Positions 17,869 through 29,079 of a DNA stretch of 39,804 bases are shown one piece after another (positions within the stretch are counted from its first letter, which is position 1; every line of letters begins with the position of its first letter). The stretch comes from Prasinococcaceae sp. CCMP 1430 (Eukaryota; Plantae; Prasinodermophyta). The position numbers and the translations under genes were made by a program. The notes under the pieces are model-generated. The model was not told where the DNA came from and searched no databases. It saw only the letters and a list, made by a program, of their open reading frames with translations. Location of the stretch: positions 79,420-119,223 of the forward strand of contig RQSC01000029.1 of assembly GCA_013416795.1 (NCBI GenBank), in the 5' to 3' direction.

Positions 17869-20800
17869 TTACACCGCCACGGCCCCTTGCGTGGGCATCC
17901 GCTGCCCGTTGCTGTCCTTGAGAGCGAATGCATGCGGGTTGACGGTGACGCTCTTCGTAGCGTTGTGTGTCTTGTAAATGCCCACCAGTCGGTCCGCGAG
18001 CTCGAACATGTTGTTGCGCAGCGAGATGACCACGAACTGCGCACCCTTGGTGCGCTCCTTCAGGTAGTGCGCCACGATCGACACGTTCTTGAAGTCCAGC
18101 GCGGCGTCAATCTCGTCCATGACGTACAGCGGCGTGGGGCGGTAGTGGTGGAGCGCAAAGATGAGCGCCAACGAGGACAGCGTCTTCTCGCCACCGGAGA
18201 GATTCGCGATGTTCTTCCACGACTTCTTGGGCGGGCGCACGCTGAAGACTATGCCCTCGGAGAAGGGGTCAAGGCTGTCCACAAGCTCGAGCTCTGCATC
18301 GCCACCGAGGGTGATCATCTGATACATCTCCTTGAGCTTCAGCGAGATGGTGTGGAAGCCCGCCATGAACTCGTCCAGACGCTGCTTGCGCAGCCCGTCG
18401 TGATCCTTGCGCAGAGCGTCGCGCTGCGTGGTGGCGCTCTCAAGGGCGGCCACGCGCTGGTTGTATTCGGCCTCCTTCTCGCGGTACTCGCGCACGGCCT
18501 TGATGTCGTAGTCCTTCTCTGCGAGCTCGGCCTCGAGCACAGAGATCTGATTTTGGGCCTTGTTCTCGTCAACCTCAGCAAGCTCCTCCTCTGTGAGCAG
18601 CGCTGGCAGCTCTAGCTCCGCGCCCATATCCGGCTTCTCGCCGCTCTCCGCCCCCATCGCCGACGCCGCGCGCTGCCAGCGCGCCGTCTGCAGCTCCTTC
18701 GACCAGTGCTTCTGCTTCGCCACCGCCCCCGCGTACGCCTCATTCGCCTCCTCGGCCATCGCGGTCAGATCCACCTCCGCCGAGCGCGCCCTCGAAACTT
18801 CCTCCTGGCGAGCCTCGAAGTCCTTGCGGATGGTGTTCAGGGCCGCCTCCTTCTCCTCGAGCACGGCCTGCGTCGCCTGGAACGCTTCGAGCACCGCCGC
18901 GGCCTCATCCTCCATGACTTTGAAGTCCTCCTTGAGCTTGTCGGCTTCATCACGCAGGCCGCCCGTCTCCTTCTCAAGCTTCGCAACCGCCTTCTCGACC
19001 TTCGGCAGCTGCTTCGCGCTGGTCTCCATTGTCACGCGTCGCTTCATGGCCTCCTCCTCGGCGGCTTCAATGCCCTCCTTCGCGGCGCTGACGGCCTTGC
19101 GCGCCTTGGCCATCGGCGCGCCGCCGACGTTGTCGAGCCGCGCCTTGAGCACGGCGACCTCGCCCTTGAGGCCGGCGGCGGCCTTCTCCACCTTGGCAGC
19201 TTCGGCCTTGGCTGACGAAGCCGCCTTCTCAAGCGCCTTGAGCTGCGCGCTGTCCTGCTTGCCCATGGCGGCCTCGGCCTCAAGTTTGGTGATGCGCTCC
19301 GCAAGCTCCACCACGGAGTCGTTGAGGGCCTTCAGGTCGAGCTCGAGCTTGGGGATCTCGCTCTCGAGCGCTGCGACCGCCTTCTCGGCCGTGGCGAGTG
19401 CCTTGACCGACACCTTGAGCTGAGCGCGCGCCTCCTTGGCGGCAGCCTCGGCCTCAGCGACCTCCTTCTCCGCGGCCTTGCGCTCGGCCTCCGGGTCGCC
19501 GCCGTCGTTGCTGGCGGTGGCGTTCTGGCCCATGCCACCGCGCTTGACGGTCTTGCCACCACCAGCCATGGTGCCCGACGCCTCGAACATGTGGCCTTGC
19601 ACCGTGACGACGCGGCGAAAGCGCTTGTCGTCGCCGTAGGCGATGCGCGAGCCCTGATCGAGATCGTTCGCAACCACGGTGTCGCGAAGCGCGTAGTAGA
19701 AGGCCACGCGCAGGCGCGCGTCCTTGACCTTCACCAAGTCGAACAGGCGCGAGGTGCCCTCGGGCGGGCTCGCCGGGGCGTCCATCTGCTTGACGAGGCC
19801 CTGCTGCTTCTCAAGGATGAGGAAGGTCGCCACACCGAGGTTGTTCCTGCGAAGCAGATCGACGCAGCGCTGCGCAGCGGCGGTGGTCTCCACCACGATG
19901 TAGTCGAGCGCCGGGCAGGCGGTGGTGACTGCAACGTCGTACTTGGCGTCGATGCCGCCGAGATCGCCGAGGCGGCCGTAAATACCCGGGATCTTTCCGC
20001 TGGCCTTGGCAGCCATCAGCGCCTTGAGCACCGTTCCCTGGCTCTTGGCGGCGCCGGCGCGCGCGCGGGCCTCGGCGGCCTTGCCTGAGGCGCCTGCGAG
20101 GGTGCGCTCGGCCGTCTCCTCGGCAGCGCGCGCGGCGTCGATTTCGCCCTGAACCTTGGTGAGCGCGGCCTTCTGCTTCTTCAGCTCGGCCTTGCGGGCC
20201 TTGAGCTTGGCTTCGGTTATCTCCGCCTTCTCGATGGCCTGCTCACGCGACTCGCGCGCGTCCTCGACAGCCTTAGCGGCGGCGGCCTGCTTCTCCTTCA
20301 TGAGGGCCGCCTCGGCCTCGGCCTCCTTCGCCGCGGCAGTGTGCTCGGCGAGCTCTGCGTCGTACGGCGCGAGCTTTGCCTGCGCGGCGTCCATCTCGCT
20401 GCGGAGGGCGTCCACCTCAGTCCGGACGCCCTCGGTGAGCTCCTCCACCTTGGCTTGCGCCGCCTCCAGGTCCTCGCCAAGCTCGGCAACCTTGGCCTCG
20501 AGCTTCGGAATCTCGGCCTTGTTGGCCTCGACGTCGCGAGCCAAGGCGTCGCGCTTCTTGGCTTCCGCGGCGAGCTTGTCCTCGGCCTTCTTCTTCTTGG
20601 CCTTGAGGTGCTTCATGTCCTCGCGGAACTTGACGTCCTTGCGCTCGAAGGACTCGAAGTCCTTCTTGGCTTTCTCGAGCTCGGCGGCGATCTTACCGTG
20701 TGCCTTGCTGGCGGCGTTGTACTCCTTCTCCATGCCCTTCAGCTCGCCCTCGTACTTGCCCATCTTCTCGCGCTCGGTCTCCAGCTTGGCGTCGACCTCA

Positions 20801-22141
20801 GCCTTGGCCTTGGCGGTCTTCTCCGCTTCGAGGTCGGCATCCGCGTTGTACATCTGATACAGGTGGCTCTTCCACATCTGCAGCTCCTTCTCCGTCTCAA
20901 GATACTTCTCGGCCTCGGCCTTGTTCTTCTGCAGCGGCTCGAGCTCCTTCTCCACCACGCGCAAGCGGCGCACGAGGCCCGCGCGCTCCTCGTTGACCTC
21001 GTCGAGCTTCTTGGCACCCTCCTCGATGGCCTCGATGTGGCGGTTGGAGCCGATGATGTCCTCGAGGTACTCGAGCAGGCCCTCGTCGTTGCCGCCCTTG
21101 TCGGCGGTCTTAGGCTTCATCATCGAGATCTGCTCGACCTCTCCCTGCAGGATGAGGAAACGGTTGTGATCGAGGTCGATGCCCTTGGCCTTGAGCAGCT
21201 TCGTCACCTCGGTGAAGTTCGAGTTCTTGCCGTTGACGAGGTACTTGGACGTGCTGTCACAGTAGGCGACGCGGCTCACCTCGAGGTCGGTGCCCGGCAC
21301 GTACTCGAAGCCCTCGCCGCCCTCCTTGTCCACGATCTCGCAGAACGAGACGGTCACCTTGGCGAACTGCAGATCGGGATGGTTGTCGGAGTTGTGGATG
21401 AGCTCGGCCACCTTGTTCAAGCGCAGCTGCTTGGCACGCTTGCCGAAGACGAAGAGCATGGCGTCGATGACGTTGGACTTGCCGCTGCCGTTGGGCCCAA
21501 CCACGCACGAGAACGACTGCAGCAGCCCCGAGGTTGGCCACACGCGAGCGCACGCGCGCGCAGACGCAATCGCAGGGGCGAGAGGGCGGGGGAGGGGTGA
21601 ATTGGAGTCCGGCCGCGGGGGCAGCGCGCAGGATGGGCGCGGCGCCGGGCCGTCAGCTCGCCGCACGCGCAACGCGCTCGGTCGGCGTCGGCGGTGCGCG
21701 GGGAATGCGCGCATCGGGAACCGCCTCCTCCACTGCGCGCACGCAGCGCCTACGTGCCGCGGCCCAGCCCGGCGCACGCGGGTGCTCAGCTGCACACGGC
21801 CACGCGCCTGCCCTCAGGCCTGGCTTGCACCGCTCGCACGTCGGTGCGAGTCACTCACGTGCACGCTGAGCGCGTTGGCGGAGCGCGCGCATTCCCAGCG
21901 CGCCCGCCTTTCGAAACGCGCCACACTGCGCCATACCATCACACCTTCCCCTCCCCCCCGCGCTCCACCACCTGGCGCACCCGCGCCCCTGCGCCCTCAC
22001 GCGCCCACCCCCTCTCACCTTGTGGAACGGCCCGACGCGCTGCGCGCCGGCGTACGACTTGAAGTTCTCGAGCACCATGTCCTTGATGACGAGGCGCTGC
22101 GAGGGCGCGGCGGGCGCGACATCGGGCGCGTCGGCCGCCAT
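17869..22141 (-). CDS. SMC4: Condensin subunit SMC4. Exons 22141-22019 and 21516-17869.
   Basis: LENFKSY, PFHK|SFSCVVGPNGSGKS (Walker A across intron 22018-21517), hinge GIYGRLGDLG, signature LSGGEKT and Walker B YVMDEIDAALD. Confidence 0.96.
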
Positions 22142-22482
22142 GGCGGTGACGCGCTCTAGGCGCGGGCGGCTGCTGCGGCAGCCACAGGGGAAGGGGGGGG
22201 GGGGCGAGAGGGGAGGCGGCGCCCGCCGCTCGCGCTGTGGCGACGGCGCGCGCGCCCGGCCCCCTTTCAAACGCGAATCGCGGAGGCACGCGCACGCGAA
22301 ATCACCCCCGCCGAACATACCGCGAGCCACTCCGTTCGCGCGACTTTGCGGCCGCCGAAAACGCCGCTTCCGCGCGCGCGCCCGCGCCCGCGAAAAACGC
22401 GCGCGGGCGCACCCCGAACGGCAACATTTTTTTTTTTTTTTAAAGGACGGGCGGGGTCGCTCGCGCGCCGCGCTCCGCGCAC

Positions 22483-22496
22483 TGCGTTTGACCTCG
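22483..22496 (+). promoter_or_regulatory. Recurrent upstream motif TGCGTTTGACCTCG (copy 5)
   Basis: About 340 bp upstream of the SMC4 ATG, in the same orientation relative to the gene as the VASt copies. Confidence 0.45.
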
Positions 22497-22981
22497 CCGC
22501 CGGTCGATTTCGATTTCGCGTCGCATTTCCGACGCCGCGCCGTCCGCCGCCCGCCCGCGGCCCTCCCCCCCGATTTCGATCCGACTTCCGACTCTCGATT
22601 CCGACGGGCGGACCGCGCTGCGTGCGCCCTCGATCCACACCCCGCCCGCGACGCCAAGCCACAACAAGAAAAAAAAAGGAGCCGTTGGGAGGCTCTGCTT
22701 CGGCTGCGGCTTTTTTTGTTGGTCGTTGCGCGTCGGAAGGTGCCGTTGGCAGCAAAGAGGCGAAAGGGAGGAAGGAGGCAAGAAAAAAAAAACGCCGCCG
22801 CGATGAAACGGAAGCACACCGGCTCCCCGTACGAAGATCCCGGGTCTACCGGCACGAGGACCCGGGTCTACCGGGCACGCAGGCGGCCGTGAAGGGATTT
22901 GGACCCGGGTTCGTTCCAGGGCGACGCCGCGCGGGCGCGAGCAGGCACGCGCGCGCGCGCGCGCGCGCGCCGCGGGGGAAC

Positions 22982-23081
22982 NNNNNNNNNNNNNNNNNNN
23001 NNNNNNNNNNNNNNNNNNNNNNNNNNNNNNNNNNNNNNNNNNNNNNNNNNNNNNNNNNNNNNNNNNNNNNNNNNNNNNNNN
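22982..23081. other. Assembly gap (100 N)
   Basis: Run of N; it probably hides the IPMS 5' end and transit peptide. Confidence 0.98.
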
Positions 23082-23386
23082 GGGGCGCTGCGGCGGCGGC
23101 GGCGGGCGCCGCGGACGCGGGACCCGTGACGTAGAGGGCTCGTAGGTGGCGCGCGGGAGAGGGTGTGTGCAGCGGCGGCACCTGGGATGGGCGTGGCTGC
23201 GGGCCCGCGCGTGCCCGCGCGCTGGCGCGCGCGCTGGCGCAGTGGGGAGTTGAGGCGGTGCTGCACGCACCGCCCAAACGGCGCGCGTGGCCTCTGCATA
23301 GCGCCGTGGGGCGTGTGCGCGGGGGCCCTCGGCTGACTCGTGTCGCGGCGTGCGCCCTGTCCACGGCGTTGACGTTGGTGCTGATT

Positions 23387-25171
23387 ATGGTGGCCCCGCC
23401 GTCCCGCGCGCGCGCGTCCCGCAAAAGGTGTGCGGCTGAGGGTCGCCCTGAGTATGTGCCCGGCGTGATCAGCGACCCCAACTACCTGCGCATCTTCGAC
23501 ACGACGCTGCGCGATGGCGAGCAGTCGCCCGGCGCGGCGCTGACATGCAAGCAGAAGCTGGACATCGCGCGCCAGCTGGCGCGTCTGGGCGTCGACATCA
23601 TCGAGGCTGGCTTCCCTCGCGCGTCGCCCGACGACCTTGAGGCTGTGCGCCAGATCGCCAAGGATGTGGGCTGCACGCCGACGGAGACGGGCCATATCCC
23701 CGTGATCTGCGGGCTGAGCCGCGCGAACAAGGAGGACATCGACGCGGCGTGGGAGGCGGTGCGCCACGCGCAGTTCCCTCGCATCCACACCTTCATCGCA
23801 ACGTCGCCCATCCACATGGAGGCGAAGCTGCGCATGACGCCCGACGAAGTCGTCGCGCAGGCGGTCGAGGCCGTGACGTACGCGCGCTCGCTTGGCTGCG
23901 ACGACGTCGAGTTCTCTCCCGAGGACGCTGGTCGCTCCGAGCTGCCGTTCCTGTACCGCATTCTGACCGAGGTCATCAAGGCGGGCGCCACCACCATCAA
24001 CATTCCCGACACGGTCGGCTACACGATCCCCAACGAGTTCGGCTCGATGATCGAGGCCATCCGTGCCAACGTGCCCGGGCTGGAGGGCTGCGTGGTCAGC
24101 ACGCACTGCCAGAACGACCTGGGCCTGGCCACGGCCAACTCGCTCGCGGGCGCGGCCGGGGGCGCGCGGCAGGTGGAGTGCACCATCAACGGCATTGGCG
24201 AGCGCGCGGGCAACGCCTCGCTGGAGGAGGTGGTGATGGCGGTGGCGATGAGGGGCAAGGAGCAGTTTGGCGGCATGTACACGGGCATCGACACAAAGTA
24301 CATCACGTCGGCCAGTCGCATGGTGAGCGAGTACACGGGCATGCTTGTGCAGCCGCACAAGGCTATCGTGGGCGCGAACGCCTTTGCGCACGAGTCCGGT
24401 ATCCACCAGGACGGCATGCTCAAGGACAAGTCGACCTACGAGATCATGACCCCCGAGAGCGTTGGGCTGCTGCGCGATGACGATGCGGGACTGGTCATGG
24501 GCAAGCACAGCGGCCGCCACGCGCTGCGCACGCGCCTGGCGGACCTGGGTTACACTGTGTCAAACGAGGACATGAAGGACGTCTTCGCCCGCTTCAAGGC
24601 GCTGGCTGACACCAAGAAGATCGTCACGGACGAGGATTTGCAAGCACTGGTCATGGACGAGGTTTTCCAGCCGACGGAGATCTGGCACCTGGACGACATG
24701 CAGATCGTGTGCGGCACCATGGGCATGCCCACGGCAACGGTCCGCCTGGTGGGACCCGACGGCGTCAGGCGCACGACCAGCGCGGTGGGCACGGGGCCTG
24801 TGGACGCGGCGTACAAGGCGGTGCAGCAGATTGTGCAGGTGCCCGTCGAGCTGACCGAATTCGGGATGAACGCGGTCACTGAGGGCATCGACGCGCTGGC
24901 GAACACGCGCGTGATGGTGGCCGATCTGGGCGAGGCGGATGGCGTGGGCAGCCGGTCGGTGAACCCGCAGACTGGCGAGGGCAGGGATTTGATGTACTCG
25001 GGCATGTCTGCCGACTCGGATGTGGTGGTCGCGTCCACCAAGGCGTACATTAACGCCTTGAACAAGCTGCTGGGTATGCGCGCCGCCAAGAACGCCGTGT
25101 CGGAGTCGGAGACCTCCGAGTCGGACAGCGAGGGCGCCGCTGCTGCTGCCGCCGCGAGCAACAGCGCGTAG
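23387..25171 (+). CDS. leuA: 2-isopropylmalate synthase (plastid type). The true start or first exon is uncertain; there is a possible acceptor near 23427.
   Basis: [63 protein letters not shown] and HESGIHQDG, with a C-terminal regulatory domain ([22 protein letters not shown]). Confidence 0.95.
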   Translation: MVAPPSRARASRKRCAAEGRPEYVPGVISDPNYLRIFDTTLRDGEQSPGAALTCKQKLDIARQLARLGVDIIEAGFPRASPDDLEAVRQIAKDVGCTPTETGHIPVICGLSRANKEDIDAAWEAVRHAQFPRIHTFIATSPIHMEAKLRMTPDEVVAQAVEAVTYARSLGCDDVEFSPEDAGRSELPFLYRILTEVIKAGATTINIPDTVGYTIPNEFGSMIEAIRANVPGLEGCVVSTHCQNDLGLATANSLAGAAGGARQVECTINGIGERAGNASLEEVVMAVAMRGKEQFGGMYTGIDTKYITSASRMVSEYTGMLVQPHKAIVGANAFAHESGIHQDGMLKDKSTYEIMTPESVGLLRDDDAGLVMGKHSGRHALRTRLADLGYTVSNEDMKDVFARFKALADTKKIVTDEDLQALVMDEVFQPTEIWHLDDMQIVCGTMGMPTATVRLVGPDGVRRTTSAVGTGPVDAAYKAVQQIVQVPVELTEFGMNAVTEGIDALANTRVMVADLGEADGVGSRSVNPQTGEGRDLMYSGMSADSDVVVASTKAYINALNKLLGMRAAKNAVSESETSESDSEGAAAAAAASNSA

Positions 25172-25578
25172 GGACCGCTAAGAATCGCGAATTCGGCTCT
25201 TTTCCGCTGTCAGTCCGCCCCCCCTCGATTGTGTTCGTGCGATTTACGTGACTGTGACCGAGTGGGGTTTTGAAGGATCCGGGCGCGCTAGCGACACCTC
25301 TACGGGCCGCGCGTGTCGCCTGACCGCCAGCGCCAGTGTGAGCATCGCTGCCGCATGCGCCATCCATTCCACCAGAGGTGAAAGGTAGTGCGCGGTGTCA
25401 CGACGCACGAACATCATGGCCATCTCGGGCGTGCGCATGCTGCTAAATGCGAGAAGAGCCAAGACCCCTGCCACGACGCGAGACGCTGCCGAGCAGCTTC
25501 GTTCGCGCACGCGTACCCCGCGCGGGGGGCGGAGGTGCACGTGATAATTAAGTGATTAATGGGTAGCAATTTCCGCGC

Positions 25579-27462
25579 TCACGCAGTCTCGCCGGTCGCA
25601 ACGTCGCCCGCGTCGAGCATCGTCTTGTTGTGCAACGCCTTGAAGACCTCCTTCTCAGGCGAGCCAGCGAGGAGCATCTCGAGAGCGCTGTGCAGCTGCG
25701 CATCCGTGAACGCTCCGTAGAGCATGGGGACGTGGGCCGCCAGCACTGTCTGGACGACCGACGGCTCACCGTACGCCGGCGTCGTGCGCACGTGTTTCTC
25801 AACGAGCTCGCGCAGCGCCGCGTTGGTGCCCTCGGTGCGCATGTACTTCACGCGGCAGATTTCGTGCAGGTCGCTGTTGGACAGAAACTGCACGATGCGA
25901 ATGGGGATGCCGGTGTTCGCGCTCACCATGTCGACCAGACTGTTGCGGTCGTCTTCCGTCATCGGCAGCGAGACGGACATGTATAGGTGCAGCTGTGTGT
26001 CGGTCCAGTCGTTCACTTGCGAATGGTTTAGATGGTAGTGGGCGACCACATCCTTGTCGACGATGGCGCGCACCTCCTCGTGTGTTTTGGCATTCTTGAT
26101 TGCCTCGAGCTGCGGCAGATCACGCTCGAGGTCCCACTTGAAGCACTGTGCCGCCCACGTGAGCAGCTCGAGGTATGAGAACCAGGCTAGGTGGTCCGAG
26201 GCCTCGCCGGCACAGTCGCCCAGGTGATGGATGAGAAGGTCGCGCAGGTCTTGAACGCTCTTGCCCTCGAGCACCTCCGGTGCGCCCCATCCGTTGGGCA
26301 GCATCCCTACAGCCATCTTGACGAGAATTTCGGCGACGTAATGGGCGACCACCCCGTCGAGGTCCGCCTTGGCCTCGGGGTCGAGGCCCTTGATCGCGCC
26401 ATCGCGCAGGCAGTGACCAGTCGAGTAGTGGCAATACTCGAGGCCGTGCATCTTGTACAGCGAGTCGGGCTGCAAGAACGTCTTGAGCAGCACGGTCTGA
26501 ATGGGTGCGTCGCCCCAGCGGTACTTGTAGACGTTGCCAGTGTCGTCGATAGCGTGCAGCATTGACTGGACGGGCAGCTGCCTCCAGAAAGTCACGTCGG
26601 CGATGAAGAAGTGCGTGAAGAACATGGTGTTGCTTAGGTGCTCATGTTGGGTGGCGATGCCTTTTTCCTTCACATATGCGCGGGCCCAGTCGAAGAATGT
26701 GCGATTGGTGAGCCCGTGCCACTCGGGCACCTCCACCGAGTACGTGTACACGATATCGCGCTCGTACATGAACTCGAAGGGATCCTCGACCATTTCCGTC
26801 TCTAGCACCACATCATCGTCAAAGCGCATGACATAGTCGTAGTCGCGCACCGCATCCCACACCTGCAGCATGAAGAAGCGGCACATGTGCTTGTACCCAA
26901 TAGGTTTGTCGTCCGGTTGCTTGCGCAGCGGCAGCCGGACCCACGAGGGCACTTTGAACGCCCCGTACGGCATGATGTTGATGAACTTGGTGTGCGGCGT
27001 CTCGGCAATGATTTCACGCATGTGCTCCGGCTTGATGTCACCCTCGTGGAACAGAATGTTGTCGTATCCGTACCGAGCATTGAAGTGCTCGTGCAGCGCC
27101 TTGTTTCGCGCGCGCAGGCTCTCGTAGCCGTCCATCGTGTCCGACCCGCGGATGAGCGCGATGATCGCGCAGCGCAACCCGCTTTTGCTCCGGCTCGTGC
27201 TCGCACCGTCGCCGTCGGAACCGCCGAAAATCCCTGTCGCCGCCCGCGAGCCCCAGCCCGCGCCCGCTCCAGAGGAGATCACGCCTCCACGCAGCGAGTG
27301 CAGCGTCGCCCCGTGTCCCCCGCCGCGTGCCGACCTCCCTATGCCGCTCGCCATCACCACGACCGCGAGTACGGTCACAAAGGTCGCGGCGGCCGCTGCC
27401 GCGACCTGCGCCCACGACATGCCATCCCCGCCCCTGCGCCTTCCCGCGCCGCCACGCCGCAT
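25579..27462 (-). CDS. GT15 (Kre2/Mnt1)-like alpha-1,2-mannosyltransferase, type II membrane, with an extra C-terminal domain
   Basis: N-terminal TM (AAAATFVTVLAVVVMASG), then GYKHMCRFF, YDYVMRFDDD, DPFEFM and YKYRWGDAPIQT, which match GT15 hallmarks (YRHMCRF, RWGDAP). Confidence 0.8.
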   Translation of the reverse strand: MRRGGAGRRRGGDGMSWAQVAAAAAATFVTVLAVVVMASGIGRSARGGGHGATLHSLRGGVISSGAGAGWGSRAATGIFGGSDGDGASTSRSKSGLRCAIIALIRGSDTMDGYESLRARNKALHEHFNARYGYDNILFHEGDIKPEHMREIIAETPHTKFINIMPYGAFKVPSWVRLPLRKQPDDKPIGYKHMCRFFMLQVWDAVRDYDYVMRFDDDVVLETEMVEDPFEFMYERDIVYTYSVEVPEWHGLTNRTFFDWARAYVKEKGIATQHEHLSNTMFFTHFFIADVTFWRQLPVQSMLHAIDDTGNVYKYRWGDAPIQTVLLKTFLQPDSLYKMHGLEYCHYSTGHCLRDGAIKGLDPEAKADLDGVVAHYVAEILVKMAVGMLPNGWGAPEVLEGKSVQDLRDLLIHHLGDCAGEASDHLAWFSYLELLTWAAQCFKWDLERDLPQLEAIKNAKTHEEVRAIVDKDVVAHYHLNHSQVNDWTDTQLHLYMSVSLPMTEDDRNSLVDMVSANTGIPIRIVQFLSNSDLHEICRVKYMRTEGTNAALRELVEKHVRTTPAYGEPSVVQTVLAAHVPMLYGAFTDAQLHSALEMLLAGSPEKEVFKALHNKTMLDAGDVATGETA

Positions 27463-27809
27463 GGTGCCCCGCGGCGCGATGCCGCAGCGCGCCCGCGGCG
27501 CTGTGCTACGCGTGCGATGATACGTATCATGCAATTCGGCTCGAGCGCACGCCGGGCGGCGAAACGGCAGACGAAACGACCCGGGCCGCCGGCCCTCGCG
27601 CCGTAGCGAGGCGGCGGCGACAGCCTTTTCAAAAAAAAAAAAAACTTCCGAGCTCACCGCACACGCGCGTGCTCGCACACGCGCGCGGCGGGCCAGAGGG
27701 CACGTGCCAGAGTGCGCGCGGGGAGCGCACGTTCCTCCCCCCCCCTCCACCGCCCGTGCTGGCCCGCGCGCGCGGAGCGGGTGGCGGGGGAGGGGAGAGG
27801 AGGGAAACA

Positions 27810-29010
27810 ATGGCGGCGGAAGGCGGCGTGCCGGCCGTGGCGGTGTTCGGGAGCGCGACGTGCGACCTGCTCCTCGGCGTTGAGGCGCTGCCGCGCGCCG
27901 GGGAGACCGTGCTGAGCAAGGAGGGCTACGTCCTCGCTGGGGGTGGGAAGGGCGCGAACCAGGCGTGCGCGGCGACCTGCGCTGGCGCAGCTGTCGAGAT
28001 GGTGGCGTGCGTCGGTAGGGACCAATTTGCGGAGGTAGCGCTGGGCAACCTGCGCCGGCGCGGTGTGCGTGTGGCGGCGCGCGAGTCGGACGACGGCGTG
28101 CCCACTGCGCTCGCGATGGTCGCGTGCTCGACGGCTACCGGCGAAAACCAGATCATCGTCGCGGCAGGTGCCAACATGTGCCTGCGCGCATCAGACTTCG
28201 AGGGAACAAGCGCGGCGCTCGCGGAAGCGCGGAAGGATCCGACCCGCCCGTGGGCGGTGCTGCTGCAGTCGGAGGTGTCGCCCGAGGAGAACTGGGCCGT
28301 AGCCGCCGCAGCGCACGCGGCGGGTGCCTTCGTGCTTCTCAACAACGCGCCGACCGCGCGCGTGCCGAGGGAGGTGTACCGCCACCTCGACATGCTGGCG
28401 GTGAACGAAGTCGAGGTGGAGCAGATGCTGCGCTTCATGGGCATCGTCGTGGAGGAGCTGCGCGTGCAGGACAGCGCGCAGTCCCGCGGCGTCGTCACTG
28501 CGCTCGGCTGCACGTCGGATGCGACAGCCTCCCGAGCGATCGAGGCCGGCCGCTGCCTGTACATTGCGACGTCGGTGACGGTGTGCCTCACGCTGGGCGA
28601 GCACGGAGGTGCGTCGTGCGCTCTCAACGGGTGGTGTGCGCCGTGCGGCGCGGCAGCTAGCGCGAGCTGCCCGCACGCCGGCGCGCGGCTCTCTAACAAT
28701 TAGCACGCGCTCGCGCACCCCCTACGCAGCTGTGGTATTCAACGAGGACGGCGCCACCGCTGTGCGGCAGACGCTGAGGGTGGAGGTCGAGGACACAGTT
28801 GGTGCTGGGGATGCTTTCATTGGCGGCATGGCTGCGGCTCTCACTGCGCAAGTGCCCCTTGAGGAGGCCATCAGGCGCGGCGTTGCTGCGGGCACTCTGG
28901 CGTGCGCCGGCAAGGGCGCACAAAACGCCGCGCCTTCTGCCGAGCAGATTGCCGCCGCAGCAAAGCAGCTCGTCGCGAGGGTTGTGCCTCCAGACACGCC
29001 AATCGAGTGA
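27810..29010 (+). CDS. RBSK: Ribokinase-like PfkB carbohydrate kinase. Exons 27810-28608 and 28730-29010.
   Basis: GGKGANQA, GENQIIV, VNEVE, TLGEHG and the anion hole DTVGAGDAF. Intron 28609-28729 is GTGCG..CTAAC..CAG. Confidence 0.88.
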
Positions 29011-29079
29011 ACTATTAGCAATTAAATGCATCCAAAAATGCGCGGCGCGTTGCTCCTGCCGCCCTATGACTCTCATGTC

